Positions 48,940 to 62,134 of a stretch of 64,000 nucleotides of DNA are shown here, piece by piece. The stretch lies in contig MU271426.1 in assembly GCA_021432655.1 (NCBI GenBank), positions 1-64,000 of the forward strand. The letters are read 5' to 3'. The notes beneath the pieces were generated by a model. The model had not been told where the DNA came from. It searched no databases and saw only the letters and a list, made by a program, of their open reading frames with translations. Each line of letters begins with the position of its first letter. Position 1 is the first letter of the stretch. Source of the DNA: Atractiella rhizophila. Taxonomy: Eukaryota. A program made the translations under genes and the position numbers.

Positions 48940-50380
48940 CGCTTAATATGAAGGCTCAAGATGTTATAATCGACTTCCAAGAGCTTGAGGGTGCACATAC
49001 AGGAGAAGCCATTGCAGAGGCACTTATGAAGACGATTGACGACTATGGTATTGACAGGCAGGTATGTCGTCAACTGCCTTTTAACACATTATCTTAACTT
49101 ACCTTTGTAAACTCTTGCAGCTAGGATGCATCACCGGAGATGGGGCCTCAAATAATACGACTGCTGTCGAAGCAATTGAATCACAAATGCTTGATCGTGG
49201 GATCCCCTTCAATGCAAAAGAACGCCGCATGTTCTGTACTCCGCACGTCATTCATCTTGCTGCCATGGAGCTTCTGAAAGTCATAGGTGCGTTCCCTGAG
49301 AAGGAGAAAGAGGATGAGGCAAAGGGATCAGTCGCATGGCAAGAGGAAGTCACTAGGAAAATCAAGTTGGGGGGGGGAGAGCTACCGTTTGAAGACAATA
49401 TGGATATTGATGTTCAGGTTGGAATGGTGAAGGAAACCCTGGCTAAGGTATGTCTTTCTTCTCTTATTATATTGCTAATTACTGTCAACAGCTTCGTTAT
49501 ATTGTCAAACATCTTCGTTTGACACCTCAAAGGCGGAGGGGATGGTTCAAGGTACTTGAGGAAACACTTGACGGACTTGGAACTCTGTCAAATGAGCAGC
49601 TCAAGGTTCTTATCGTTGATTGTCGTACTCGTTGGTCGTCAACACATGACATGCTCACGCTCTGCCTTCGATATCGGGAGGCAATAGAGAAGTACGTTGA
49701 TCAATGTGGGCTAGAGCGGCAAAAGTTGTGGAATGCGGAGTGGGAAGTGGGTTGAAGCGGTCACGAAATGGCTCGAATCTTTCCGCAATGCGACTATCGA
49801 GATGTCGACAACATCCTCTCCATCCCTCTCATCAACGATAGGAGTGTATTACGGACTGATGGGGGAACTGAAGGAGTTCATTGCGACAATGCCTGGGACC
49901 CTTCCGAAGCCATTTCAAGATGGTTTGGTGAAGGCCCATCTCAAGTTGAGCACCTACAACGCTGTCTTGGATGATTGACCTTACCCCCTGTGGTCTGTTT
50001 GTGAGTAACTTGTGTTCCTTAGACATCTTTAACCTCATGCTGGTTAGTTCTTTACCCACGACTCAATCATCACTTCCTTTCAAATGCTATTTTTGATGAG
50101 CACAGGGAAACGATTGCAGCTAGCAAGGCCGCCTTGATCGAACATTTCAAGACCAACTACCTTCGTAAAAGCCAACCACCATCTTCCCACACCTCTTCTC
50201 CTTCTGAATCCTTCAAGCACGTTCTAACGTCTGCAGCAACAGCACTCACATATTCAGCAAAGCTTATGCAGAAGGCAAATCAACAAGCAAAGGTGTTTCA
50301 CAAGGATGAGGATCAGCAACCGAACCTTTGGTTCAGTCTTCCTCTATTGGACTGGATGGAGGATCCGTTGGAGATTTATC
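48940..50380 (+). pseudogene. hAT transposase core fragment
   Basis: IDFQELEGAHTGEAIA, ITGDGASNN, FCTPHVIHLAA (CxxH), DCRTRWSSTHDML, W..VEAVTKWLESFRNAT. Both ends missing. Confidence 0.9.
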
Positions 50381-50959
50381 GTGTGCGGTCGAAAACAGAT
50401 TTGAACGTGATTGAGAACGGGTGGAACCAAGAATGCGCAGAGGGTGAAGGAAGAATCGATGCTGAGGTGCTGAATGATTATGGACCGATTTTCTAAACAT
50501 TGTGCGATTAAGGATGAGTACTCGATGAGTACTAGACGGGGAACTCTAAATTTAGGATTCGGGTCATTGATGTGTCCATTGATTTAGTCCAATTCGTCTA
50601 AGATTCAAGAATTATTCTACCAAAAATCTGAGTGCGTGAACGATTTGTCCAACAATGCATTTCTTAGTGATACCTCTACGCTGCGTACTCGATTTGTGTT
50701 ATCTGTCCAGATGCCGCTTTATGGAGGGATCACACTGGATTATCTGAACATGGTCAAATGGTCGTATTGGGGGTTAGCTTGGGGTGACAGAATCGTGTGC
50801 CTCCTCCTTTCGCCACTTGCACACTTGCGCGTTTAGTTTCCTGCGAGCACTTTCTGGAACTGTGGCCAACCTTTTGCCACAGGGATCTAGCTGTTATAAA
50901 AGCTTGTAAAGCTGCAAGTGCAAGACTTATACTCATTGTTATCTCGCACTTTGCAGCAC

Positions 50960-51500
50960 TTGCACATTTGTCATGGGGTACTGTGCTCAAAGACAGCTCA
51001 GAGCTCCTCCGTATCTTTGCCATCAATCACTCTCACCAAGAAAAGCGCAAGAAAAGCAAAAAACGGGGAGAGGAACAGCTCTGGATTGTGACTGCTGATT
51101 TAGAGACACTTTATCCCAACATCAAGACAGAAGATAGTATCAGGAGCATACATGAGATGTTGCAATCAGATGCCAAACCGGAATGGTCCAAGAGGGAATT
51201 AGAGGGAATTCATTTGTTTATATGCTATGATTCATGCTGCAACAGACCTACATCCAGTTTCAAGGCAGGTGCTACCAGCAGAAGAATGGCACTGCCATGG
51301 GGACTCCAGTCACGGTGCAGTATGTGAATCTGTACCTATACCTGCTTGAGAAGGACCTTGTTGAACGCTGGCTCCTCTACCAACAGACTCATACTCTTCA
51401 AGAGATATATTGATGACATCGTTGCCCTCATCTTTGGAACATGGGACCAAACAGAAGCCTTTGTCAATGAGTACAACTTTTTAAACCCACGATACGTCTC
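50960..51500 (+). pseudogene. Penelope-like element reverse transcriptase fragment
   Basis: LKDSSELL, VTADLETLYPNI, YQQKNGTAMGT..YVNLYL and FKRYIDDI, a combination typical of PLE RTs. Confidence 0.75.
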
Positions 51501-51769
51501 ATACATCCATCTCAGGAGTTTACTTTAAATGGGTGCCCTATCTCCATGAAGAGCTAGGAAGAAGCAGGTAGAGGAGAAGGAGGTAGTCGGGGATGAGAGG
51601 AGGCAGAGAATGGTTTCCCGGTGCTTGTAACGTTACTAAATCACAATGGAGAGCTTCATGACCTATAGGTCGCCAAAAGCTCGTTAATGGATTTCATCAT
51701 CATCATCATCATCATGTCTCCATTCTGTTCAGCTCTTCCTCACCTTGTTTCCCCGCATACACCAGTATT

Positions 51770-52330
51770 TTCTGTGGTTATTTGCTTGGCAGTACACCTC
51801 CCTGATTGGCATTCTGCGACCTTTAGTCCTCAGGATGAGTCCCTGGGTAACATTCTTGGTGGGAACAACTTTGCTAAAACACTGTTGACAGAGTTCTTCA
51901 CCTACTGTTGGGAAAACCCCAACATTACTGAAGACCTTACCTATCCTAAGGCTCCCTAATTCCTTACCTGGAAGTCAGGCTCACACTCTTGGACAATCTG
52001 GGAGAGACAAGAAGGCATCGGCCATATCTACTCTGTTGCGCCGTCACAAGGGAAGGATCTCCGAATGCTTCTGCATCAGATCGCCAGCTTGAAATCTTTT
52101 GAGGATATTCGAACCATCGAGGGAACTGTCTATGAGACTTTTGAGACTACATGTGTGGCACTTGGGCTCTTAGAAAGTGACAAAGAATAGGATTATTGTC
52201 TCAATGAAGCCAGCATGATCAAGAATGGCTTTGTGATGCGATCTCTGTTTGTCCACATCCTGCTATTTGGAATTGCCAGTGAATCCAGAAGATTATGGGG
52301 CAGCCATCATGAGCAATACTCCAGGGGGGA
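51770..52330 (+). pseudogene. Helitron RepHel middle-region fragment
   Basis: AVHLPD, TLLTEFF, LRMLLHQ..LKSFEDIRTIEGTVYETFETTCVALGLLESDKE, MRSLFVHILLF. Contains stops. Confidence 0.8.
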
Positions 52331-53139
52331 AAAGTTGCCGTGGAACCCACGGGACACCGGGGCAAGATTAGGTCTTGCATGTTCCACCAGTTCCTTTCTT
52401 CAGCAGGCATAGATCGCGGATAGGGGCCGGTGTGCCTGTACACAATGGTCATAGGTCACCATCACAAGGACTGGAAGTCAAAGGGGAGAAGTCGAGGGAC
52501 CTTTCGAAGAAAGAAGTTGATTTGATGACAACCAGTGGTAAGAGACGATCGCACACTCTTGAACAAGCAGGGAACCATGTCCTTTCCAGTGGATATCCTC
52601 CTCCAAACTTCAGGTTCACCAGCCCCTCTGCTCTAAGCCTTTTAGGCTTCCACAGAGTAGGAAGTGTGTGGAGGGTTTAATCGGGGTGATGATGATGATG
52701 ATGAAGTCATATTATAGAGCTTTTTGAACCGATTGCTTCTTTCAAGGCATCTCTCCGGCTGTGAGTAGAATGCAGCAAAGAAAGATCACCTCAAATCGAT
52801 GAAACAGAAGGACAACAGTGGACCTAGTGCCCATTACTATCCCATTCATCTGTTTTTCAAGTTCTGATGGTGACGGGACGGGTTAACACGTCCTGCACAT
52901 CCCATCAAACTTACATTGACGGGGACGGGCGGTGGATGCTACAATATGTGTTCAGACAGGCAGGAAAGAGGGTGTGCTGGAGTGGGAGATCACTGTTGCT
53001 ATGCTAATCATGAAATAAATTGATTTCAATCATGGAAAATTAAATTACAGTTTTCAGCAGTGTGTGCAATCACTGTCCGACCTTGCTCCGACTCAATCTG
53101 CATCAATAGTGATAACCTGTTGAGTAGAAGATCAACTGG

Positions 53140-53740
53140 AAGGCTCAAAAAGCCATTGCAATGTTCCTTCTTACATTGAGTCCACCAACAATGCAAAGCA
53201 TCAGCTTTTGGATGGCTTCCGCCTTGAGGGAAGCATGACGAAAAGAAATAACGTCTCTCTGTAGAAAATACATGTTTAACTGTGACCGCAGAGGCTGCAG
53301 TAAGATCTGCTTCAGAGAGCACATAGAATAGAACAATGCCACTAACCCGGAATGCAGAGGATGCCACTAGCTAGCGAGCTCAAAGCTTTATAACATCCTC
53401 CTTTTGCCTGCTCATTCCACCATGCCATCAGGTCGGTATCATCGTCCCCTTCTGGTACTCCATCCTCTGAGTCTTGGAGCTTGTGCAAGTGTTTCCAAAG
53501 CTGATTGAGTATGTGATCCATGGTTGTGGTGACAATTCGAGCCCTTCTCCAGATACATTTACCAAGCTTCTGCTTTGTGACTGATGCTTTGGAGGATACA
53601 TTTTGCAGCTCCGTGTAAGATGCTACAGTGGTGGTTGAGGTGAGGTCACTGTATTCTTTGTCGAACTTCTTCTTCAAAAGATCATTCACATTCTCCAACA
53701 GATAATATTCAAAACTATGATGAGGATCTTCAAAAGTTGC
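53140..53740 (-). pseudogene. hAT transposase C-terminal relic
   Basis: DLMAWWNEQ..YKALSSLASGILCIP, then after an intron ASAVTVKHVFS..VISFRHASLKAEAIQKLM. Confidence 0.8.
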
Positions 53741-55419
53741 TAACCCATGCCAGGGATTAAAGAAACCAATGAATTAATTATACTCGTAGGTACAGGACCC
53801 ATACTCACGAGTACTGATCATTTGAAAGTTGATTTGTGACTTGTTGTGGATGAGCAGCACAAGTACCCTTGACTCATGAGTATTACTCACAGGTACCTGT
53901 AGATTACCCACTCTCTTCCTGAGTCATCAAAAATGAAGACTGTAGTGTGGATAATTTAATATAAAGTCAAATATACCACTACATTCACTTTAATATGGCT
54001 TGTTATAGTTAAAACCCTTAAAATGACTACCTTCATGGCTCAAATATATGTATTTACCATAAAACTTCACCTTAGGTACACAAGCAACTCAGTTAGACAA
54101 GGAACAGATGGAAGGCAAGTTGAAAAGAGTCCTGCAGCATTATGAGCAGGACAGCAGGCTAAGAAAGGCACTTACTCTTAACATTCGAAACTTTTACAGT
54201 GTAAAGGCCAGAAACTTGAAGGTGATTACCCATGAGCGAAAAAAGTGCGCACCAGTAGGAGACAGATCAATTTCAACGGCTACATTGGCGAGCACTGCCA
54301 AAGCAGTGGCTGCTTTGGATTCTACTGTCATTTTGAAGTGAGGCTACGAAACTGGTTAATCTAGGCAATGTGGATAAAGCACATACGTTCCCTGTTGACT
54401 GCACTTTGGATGGTTGACTACAGAGGGAAGTTTGGGTGGTAATCTGATGAAGTGCTCCCTAGCAGCCGTAATCAATACCAATCAACCAACAAAGTAAGAG
54501 ATAAACATGGGGCCAGTTTCTTGCAGTTGTTTACGGCAATTTTATGTTTCTCTCTACCGGCTCCAATCAAGAAAGGTTTATGTTGAGGATGGAACTAAGC
54601 TCACCGGTGTATGCAAGTTTGAAATAATTTCTACTTCAGGCTGTCGAATAACAAACCATGTTCATTCTCAGCAAAGAACATTCAAAAGGAACACACACCA
54701 AAGTGTTTGTCCTGTCTGCTTGATATCTCGCTCCTTTTTTCTCCCTCTTCCTCCGAGCATCATTCCGATTTGCAATATAGTTTTGAATGAGCTTCTTTGC
54801 CTTCCAGTTATTATAACATAGACCAATTCTGGAACCTGAGCTGATTAGAGATTGACAACAGAGCTGGATGAGATGCGGATGCCCCTTAGGAAACTGAAAA
54901 GACAGTCTTATTTGGAAAAGTGTCTACTGGGATTTTCGCGTTCTTTAGTTGCAGTTCCTGATTCTTTGCCTCCAAGTCCACAATTCAACTTCTTTGATAC
55001 ATTCTGCCCTGGTCCGCCTCAGCAATACGAGCCTTGAAATTGTCTTGATTTTCAAGGAGCGAACTAAGGAGGAGTTGAAGGTTGTTGGAGGAGAGATTTG
55101 GGGTTGGTGGAGCTTTGTGTGCAAGGGCATTGAATGAGAGAGCGGTTGAACAGGTTCCTTGGCCATAAGGGCCAGGAGATGATCCTAAAAGTGCTGACAA
55201 GTCGCTGTTAGACCCTGTGGTGTGTGGTGTTGAGTCTGAAGACATCTTGAGAAGGTCAGTGGCTGTTTTGAAAAGTAAACAAGAGTATTTTGTATTGTAG
55301 CTGCACATGATTCTACAAGGCGCCTGCTAGTCATTTATCTGCAAATAAATCAGAAGCAATCTCTTCTTTACCGATAGCTTTATGCCACAGCAGAATTGAC
55401 ATCAAAATACGAGCCAAAG

Positions 55420-57000
55420 ATCCATGTTTCTGCTATTCCAAAAAGTGTTATGAAAAGCAGAATGGACAGGTGGTTTGGCTAGATCCCAGAACTATTCGAG
55501 AGCATCGCAAAAAAGATCTCACTCTGACACAATGTTTGCACTCACAGGGTCTTCCTATTATCTCAGAGTTGCAGGTGGCTCTGGATTTCTTTACCCAAAT
55601 ACCGCCAGCAACCTATGTGGCGTGTGGCCATATCTGCTTTAAGAAGACAGCAAGCACTTGAAGAACAGAGAAATGATGGAGAAGAGACTCTAGAAGGACA
55701 ACATGCAGAACTCATGTTGGATGTAATGGCATCAAGCCTAGGAAGGTATGCACTCATATTCATTCACCTAACAACCACCAATTGCCCTGCAGCCCAAAAA
55801 ATACTCCAACTGATGCACATCACAACCTCCCGATACTCTCAACCCTTCCTCTTTCTCCTCTCCATCAAGCCATAACAGAGAACAATGATGATCAAGAGTC
55901 GGATAAGGAACTGCATCTGCATCTAGATGGCCGATATGGTTTTGCAGACATGCAGGGGAGATCGCACATGGCAGGAGGATCTGAAGGAGAAGACGTGGAG
56001 GAGTCGGCAGGATTCAAAGGGTCAGACGTTGAAGATGGTGATGAGAGTGTGAGCAATCCTGAGAGTGGTAGTGAAGAACATCATCAAGGTGGCATCGATC
56101 TGGACGAGTAGATTGCACAGAGTTTCTGACGTCGGTGAGGAACTTAAGCAAGAATTTCCTCACCTTCTACCTCCCGACAATCCTCCACCAGATCTACCCA
56201 CTTTCCCACCGTCAGTTCCTCCTGACAATGAAGAGCTGCTGCCAAGCCTTTGGCATTGGTACGCTTGGACCAAAACCCATGGAACAGTTGAGCAGTACAA
56301 TCGATATGCCAACAATCTGCGTGTACAAGGCAACAAAATCAATGTTCTCAAGCTCTACATTCCTCACGTTGACACCTCTCCTAAACTGACAAAAAGAACA
56401 AACACTTTTCCACCAAATCATGGTCTAGGACGTTTGATTCTGCTCTTGAAAGCAGTATCTTGACCAGACTTAGGTCTTACCTTACGTTCGTTTCTGAACT
56501 GAATATGAAAGTGAAGACATTGCTAAGATATATTCTCAATGAGAGAAGTCGGACAAAATGCGTCTTGCAGATGGACTCATTGGAGAATGAAAGTCGGCAA
56601 TGTAATGCTATAAGGCGAGCACGTCACTTCGTTGTAAGTCATGCAATCTATTGTCTCCCATAGCTTGACTGATTTATGGAAAGTATGAATATGGTGGGAA
56701 GGAAGGATATGCTGAGGCAATAATATACATAAGATTGCCCACCAATCTAGCAGTTTCCAGCGTAACACACATTGTTGTCAGCCATTGTATTTCTGTTGCA
56801 CAAACTCTCCCAGGAGAGACTGTTTCGGGAAGGTGGGACGAAGCCTTGACTGTGCTGCCCTGCAGGGCGGTCAAAGACTTGATTGGCATCTTCCAACCGG
56901 CCACCTCTCCGTCCAAAGTGTATGTTCTCAAGAAGAATCCTTGGACCGACATTGTAGACAGCCATTTGGAGGAGGATACAGAGTAATATAATATTATCTT
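55420..57000 (+). pseudogene. Internally deleted CMC-type transposase relic
   Basis: SLWHWYAWTKTHGTVEQY resembles the N-terminal TLDEFRVWHRGN..SYE segment of the 17-20.5 kb transposase. WDEALTVLP..AVKDLIGIFQ..VYVLKK resembles its C-terminal WSNEIRLVP..MKRLIRIFQ..IWILHR. Confidence 0.45.
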
Positions 57001-58281
57001 AAAGACAGCAAGATCTGAGATACAGAATCTATTTGATATGCGGCGTGCAGCCACTGTTTGAAAATCCAACACCAAAGACTGACATACCGACCAAAAGCTC
57101 ATCGATCAAAGCCATGCAACAACTACAATCATTAAATCCCTCTCCGTCACTCTCCATTCCATTACAAATACGGTGCAAAAAACAGATCCCAGTTGTCAGC
57201 GAACGGGAGGAAGGTGGAGGCGGAGAGGCGTCGTCGGAAGTAGTGGAGGGAACCCACCTGCGAAAGACAATATCAATCAGTTTACACAATATACAAATGT
57301 GACAGTGGGACGATACCTTCTGACTCCTAATGCCTACCGCTGGTACTTGTGCGCTAGAACAAGGAGTGCAATATGAGCTGAGAACGTCGTCGATAGACGA
57401 CGGACGGCATTGATACAAGCACCAACACCGAAACGGAGCTGAAAAACTGCTGACATCGGACTGTCGAACATTCAGTCACTTTTGGCAGACTGAACTTCGC
57501 CCATGCAGTACCTGGCTTTTGACGGAACTGACTGAATTCTTACCGAACCCTGTTTTCTTAGAGATTCAACCTTTATGGACTTTGAGCTACGACATCCTAA
57601 TCAAACACCAACACAACAGCGTGGGGCTCATGGCACCCCAACTCCAACTCCAATGGCCCCGAGCACTCGAGGCAGACGTGAGATATCTCTGCAGGAACTG
57701 AACAACGCCTTGACAAAGCTAATTGACAATAACCGGTTTCTTGAGCGCTCAGACATTGTAGGATTGAGAAATTTTGCTAGGGTACCATTCTCTTTACTAC
57801 TCCCTTACATTCTCGCTGACTGGTTTTTGTTCTCAGTCCTACATCGCCATTCAGTTGACCTCAATCCATACAACACAAGTGGCACTCCAGCGCCAGTTTG
57901 CAGATTTGGTCGACAAGTTTGTCATCTCACGGGAACCACTAAAGGTTATTGAGGAATGTGTTTGTTCTCATTGTCTCGTATGTTGCTTTGCTGACATTAA
58001 TCTACAGAATGCTATCATAGCTGCAGTTCAACATCTGCTTAGGGACCATCGAGTTATTTCTTACAAGGACGGATTCAATGGACACATTTGCTGTAAATGA
58101 CTATTTAACACATTTAAGGTGTGTCTGATGGGTTCTGTATGTTAGCGCTATATGCTGGATTGGGAACGAAACGGCACAACGTCTCTTAGCTTGGAATCCA
58201 TCTGGAGGAATGAGACAATGAAGAGTACGATGATCAGCCGGATTGATCATCATGCGGAGCAGAAGCAGTCGAAGCTGAAGG

Positions 58282-58446
58282 TGTTGATTCCAAGGGTCTA
58301 AAGGAATGAATTACAATGAAGTTATAATGGGCTTTTTATACCTTAAGGAACTCGGCAAAATGAGAGAAACGGCAAAGGGGAAAGAAAACTAGAGCCACAA
58401 ATGACAGTGGCACGAATGCAGCTTAAAACGGTGCCAAACTCTGACA
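58282..58446. mobile_element. Solo LTR family A (165 bp, best preserved copy)
   Basis: TG...CA termini and 5-bp TSD GAAGG. Confidence 0.93.
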
Positions 58447-58491
58447 GAAGGAATCTGTGGGTCTTTCCATCAAAGTACAAACAGTTTGCTG

Positions 58492-58667
58492 CTTCTCGCT
58501 TCCTTTTGCTTACTGATTTCTTACGCGTTGGTGTACTTTCTAGAATTTGTTTGCCACACTTTTCTCAGATATATAAACTGTGCTGAAGTCTGGGAGAAAG
58601 ATATAATAATGATATTCTTGTTTTCTCCCAACTTCAACCTTGCATCAGGATTCGCAGTCTTACAACA
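58492..58667. mobile_element. Partial LTR family C
   Basis: Colinear with ~30374-30555, ending TTACAACA. Confidence 0.8.
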
Positions 58668-59786
58668 CGTCAACCTTCCACGCCTTCCCCTCACCCGTTT
58701 CCCTATCTGCCCTTGTTTCCCCCACGTTCAAAATACCCACCGTCTTTCCTTCATCCAGTGCTTGCCGGAAGAGTCGCTAACTGCTATAGGTTTCGAGACT
58801 TGTGCCTATTATGAGAAGGTGAGAGGAAGAGGAGATGGAGTTGTGGGCGGCGTCGCAGACGGATTGGGGCAGAGATTGGGTGAAGAAGACTATGGACGGT
58901 TTTAGGATTCCCATACCGCAAGACGGGCTGGGGAGGGGCGTTGAAAGAGTTGTAGTTTATAGGACCTAGGTCTACATCTCCTACACTCAAATAATAGATG
59001 CCTCAGTGGATGTAGAACAGAAGACTAGCAGATCCCTGAGATGGTTCTCACGGACGCGCACGCATGAAGCTCTAACTGCTCCCCGATTGACTTTGCGTGA
59101 AAGAATTTCGAGTTGTTGTAGAAGTTCTTCATCGTTCGGTGATACTGGAATACACAAGGTTGGCCAAAGCCAACGCTGCTCTCTTCTAATCCAACCAAGG
59201 TTTAATGACCAAAGTGCCTACATCCACGAACTGGACACACCCAGGCCAGTTGTGTGGCTTGCAGCAGTCGTCATGAAGGACGAAACACAACTGAGTAGCA
59301 ACGTGGAGAAAGGGGAAACGTGCTCACACTTTCATCGACTGAGACGTTTAGTTGCTATGCAAATTTACAATTGCGAGACACAGTTCCGCGCCCCTTCTTG
59401 CTTTCTATGCATCATCTCGTCAGGAAGCATACTGCCAAGGGAGCGTCAGAAACCAGGTCAGCAAGATCTTCAGACGGCCTCTGCTTTCTCAGCGTATTGC
59501 GCTTCGTTTTTACCTTTGAGACCTGATTTGTCGAAATCGTCTTCCATGTCGGAAACCAGCCAGACCCATGCGTAGGGTTACACATATGTGATGCACTTCT
59601 TCCAGAAGAATACAAAAACAGTATGTTGAGGAGTTGGCATCAGCTCATTGTTCTCGCTTTAACAAGGCAAATACATTCGCGATTTCTGGTCTAGCTATGC
59701 AGCACAAGATGCCTATCCTCAGCGTAGCTGTCGCTACACGAAGCGTGAGTCCTGTTGTTGCAGCTGAAAGTCCTTGCTTATCGTGA

Positions 59787-60873
59787 GTGCAGGATCTGAT
59801 TCCCACAATAATCTTTCTGGTGCTCTTCGTCCTTGTGACACTCCTGTCAACCTGGAATCTCCTTCTCAATCGTTCCAGACGAGCGCTGGCTTTCGCTTCC
59901 CATCCGCTTGTGCTGGGAACGATTGGACAGTTACCTTTTCTCTGCTTGCATCTGGCTCAGGCTCTGGGGCATGGAAGAAATAGCAAGGCGATTACGATCA
60001 TCAAAGAAGGGCAAATGTCGATAGCTTACTTCACCCTCATATTCGCAATGTTGAAAGTTCTCCCCAACCTCACGGAGAGGGTATATGGAGAGAAATATCT
60101 GTTATTGGGTCAGTATATTGTCAAGATTTTGAAAGTTCGTGATTGTTTCATTTCAGCCCTGGTAATAAGTCTGACCTCTTATGGCCAGGTTTTGTTATTA
60201 AGTGCAGTAAGCCTACTTGTTGCAAATTCGAACAATTGATCATGAACAGGCAATAAAGCTGGCTATGGGGATAATCTCAGTCTTCTTCTGGTGGGATGCA
60301 CGCTCCGGAGATCTTGGGCGACAGCGAACTGTGCAAAAGCTTCGTTTCCTATCCGCCTTCATCGCATGGAAGACAGTCTTCACCTTCTTCACGACCCTTC
60401 TTTTCTTCTACGTCGAGAGAAGCTACTGCCTCCGAACGGGGAGGCCTCGTCTCTTGAGTTGGGCGGTAGCTTTTGGACCCGACCCCGATTATAGCATGGT
60501 CTCAAAGGAATATCTACTATTTCCTTTAATCGTAACGTCAGCCTTGGTAACGTTCTTTTCAAGCGGAAGAAAATAGTATTAATCAAAGGAGCAGTCAATT
60601 CTGACGTTTTACAAACTTGTCACCTCGGCCCTCGTAGTTCCTAGTCCAGAGAACGCTTCCGGATATCCTTTGCCCATGGAACTATTTTATTCCACCGTGC
60701 GCTCTAGGACTCTCTTCTTCACCCTCCAGCTCCTCATGGAGTGCATCGCCATCTCAGCCTTCGCTTTTCGCTCTCTTCGATCTGAGGAGGATATATGGAC
60801 TCAGCGGACACTATGGAATAGGATTCAAGAGACCAACAAAGATGATTCCTGTGGCAAATCAAAGCGCTGGTAG
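59787..60873 (+). CDS. Multi-pass membrane protein, RTA1/DUF3112-like (partial model)
   Basis: About seven hydrophobic segments over several exons, with DLIPTIIFLVLF at the start and SRTLFFTLQLLME near the end. Confidence 0.4.
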
Positions 60874-60946
60874 AGTGAACGCGATCCAAATGCAAACACA
60901 AGCATGAGGCCTTTAACTAGTCTCCCTTTTGATTGAAATGGAATTA

Positions 60947-61009
60947 TCCTTTCCTCTATATCCATCAGTTCTTGGCATTAGTCATAAACGCACTTTTGAG
61001 CGTTCATAT
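60947..61009 (+). mobile_element. Helitron 5' end fragment
   Basis: CATCAGTTCTTGGCAT.AGTCATAAACGCACTTTTGAGC matches the other three Helitron 5' ends. Confidence 0.75.
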
Positions 61010-61085
61010 CCCTGGAACTTTGCAGGGCGATGTGCATGGCGGCATGAGTGCTGAGGAAGGGTGGATTAGTGTACTAAGTGTACAT
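61010..61085. mobile_element. Orphan CMC TIR end related to the 13.5-20.9 kb element
   Basis: CCCTGGAACTTTGCAGGGC followed by AGTGCTG..GGAAGGGT..TTAGTGTACT, matching the reverse complement of 20870-20933. Confidence 0.7.
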
Positions 61086-61959
61086 GGAGATTTGAATTGA
61101 GAGCTTCAAAACCAACTGTATTTGGCAAGGAAAGGCCTTCAAATTTTTCGAATTTCTTCAAATGTGTCAAACCAAAGAGTGTTTGATGCGAAAATCGAAT
61201 CAAAGAAACAGACTTAGACAACTGCAAGACGCAACTCAAGATGTAAAGTCAACAAAACATTTCCGTGCCCGATTGCTGCCACAGAGGGACTTAGAGAAAG
61301 AAGGAGAATGGGGCTACAACTCGAGACACGCAACGGGAACCCACAAACTACTGAGAGGCCCTTATGCCTTCCGTGCCACCGAGACTCAGGTTCCGTACTC
61401 CTCTTCCAGTTCCCTCAGAATCAAGCGTCCTTCACCAGTCGCCGCATAAACAAGATCTATGGATGATATTCTTAGTTGAAAACAGGTCACAACCTCCACA
61501 ATATGAAAGAGAGAGATATTTTTTTGAGATCCGCCCAAGTGTAAGACAACAATTCCCAGTTGATATGAATACATTCGAAACATTGATGAAACTGAAGGTT
61601 GCTTGATGCTGAGGAGGGCTCTTCAGCCCAGTGAATCATTTGCCATCGCCATGCACTACAAACGCGCATGCAATTCTCCTGGTGCGTTCGACTATTCCGG
61701 TCGGGAAAGGCGTTAAAGGAATCGTGGATGTGCCTGAGTACCCCGCAGAGGAAGTTCTAACAAGATGCCCAGATCTGAAAAATGGTTCTGGAATGGAGTG
61801 TCCAGGGAGGGCATTCCAGCAGTATTGAGAAAAACGCGGGCAAACTCTTCACAAGCAGCGTGGCAGCAAATAATGTCGCGAGAATTATTCTGAGGGATGT
61901 TCTGAGGGATGGGTAGGCGAATTACAAGTGTTAATTCCGTGAACCAAATGAATGGAAAA

Positions 61960-62125
61960 CGTGACATATAGCATGGAAGTTATTACTGTTGCAATCAAAT
62001 AGTGCGTTCCAGAAGTTCGTAACATGGATCGATGATTTAGCAAAGCCACACTACGCCGCAATCACCCATGTATGCTTGAATACCCTTCGGTCTGGTTACG
62101 TGCAGTATCACCCTCACCTGTGTCA
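61960..62125. repeat. Dispersed ~170 bp repeat module, copy 3 of 3 (abuts the IleRS truncation)
   Basis: TAGCAT.GAAGTTATTAC, GTTCCAGAAGTT, GATGATT.AGCA.AGCCACACTA shared with 21170-21350. Confidence 0.75.
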
Positions 62126-62134
62126 TTTCTCTTG

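Noticed and set aside
58401..58905. ORFs MTVARMQLKTVPNSD and LLISY.LVYFLEF repeated at 21365-21616 and 30206-30523
   Set aside because: Chance translations of solo LTR families A and C.
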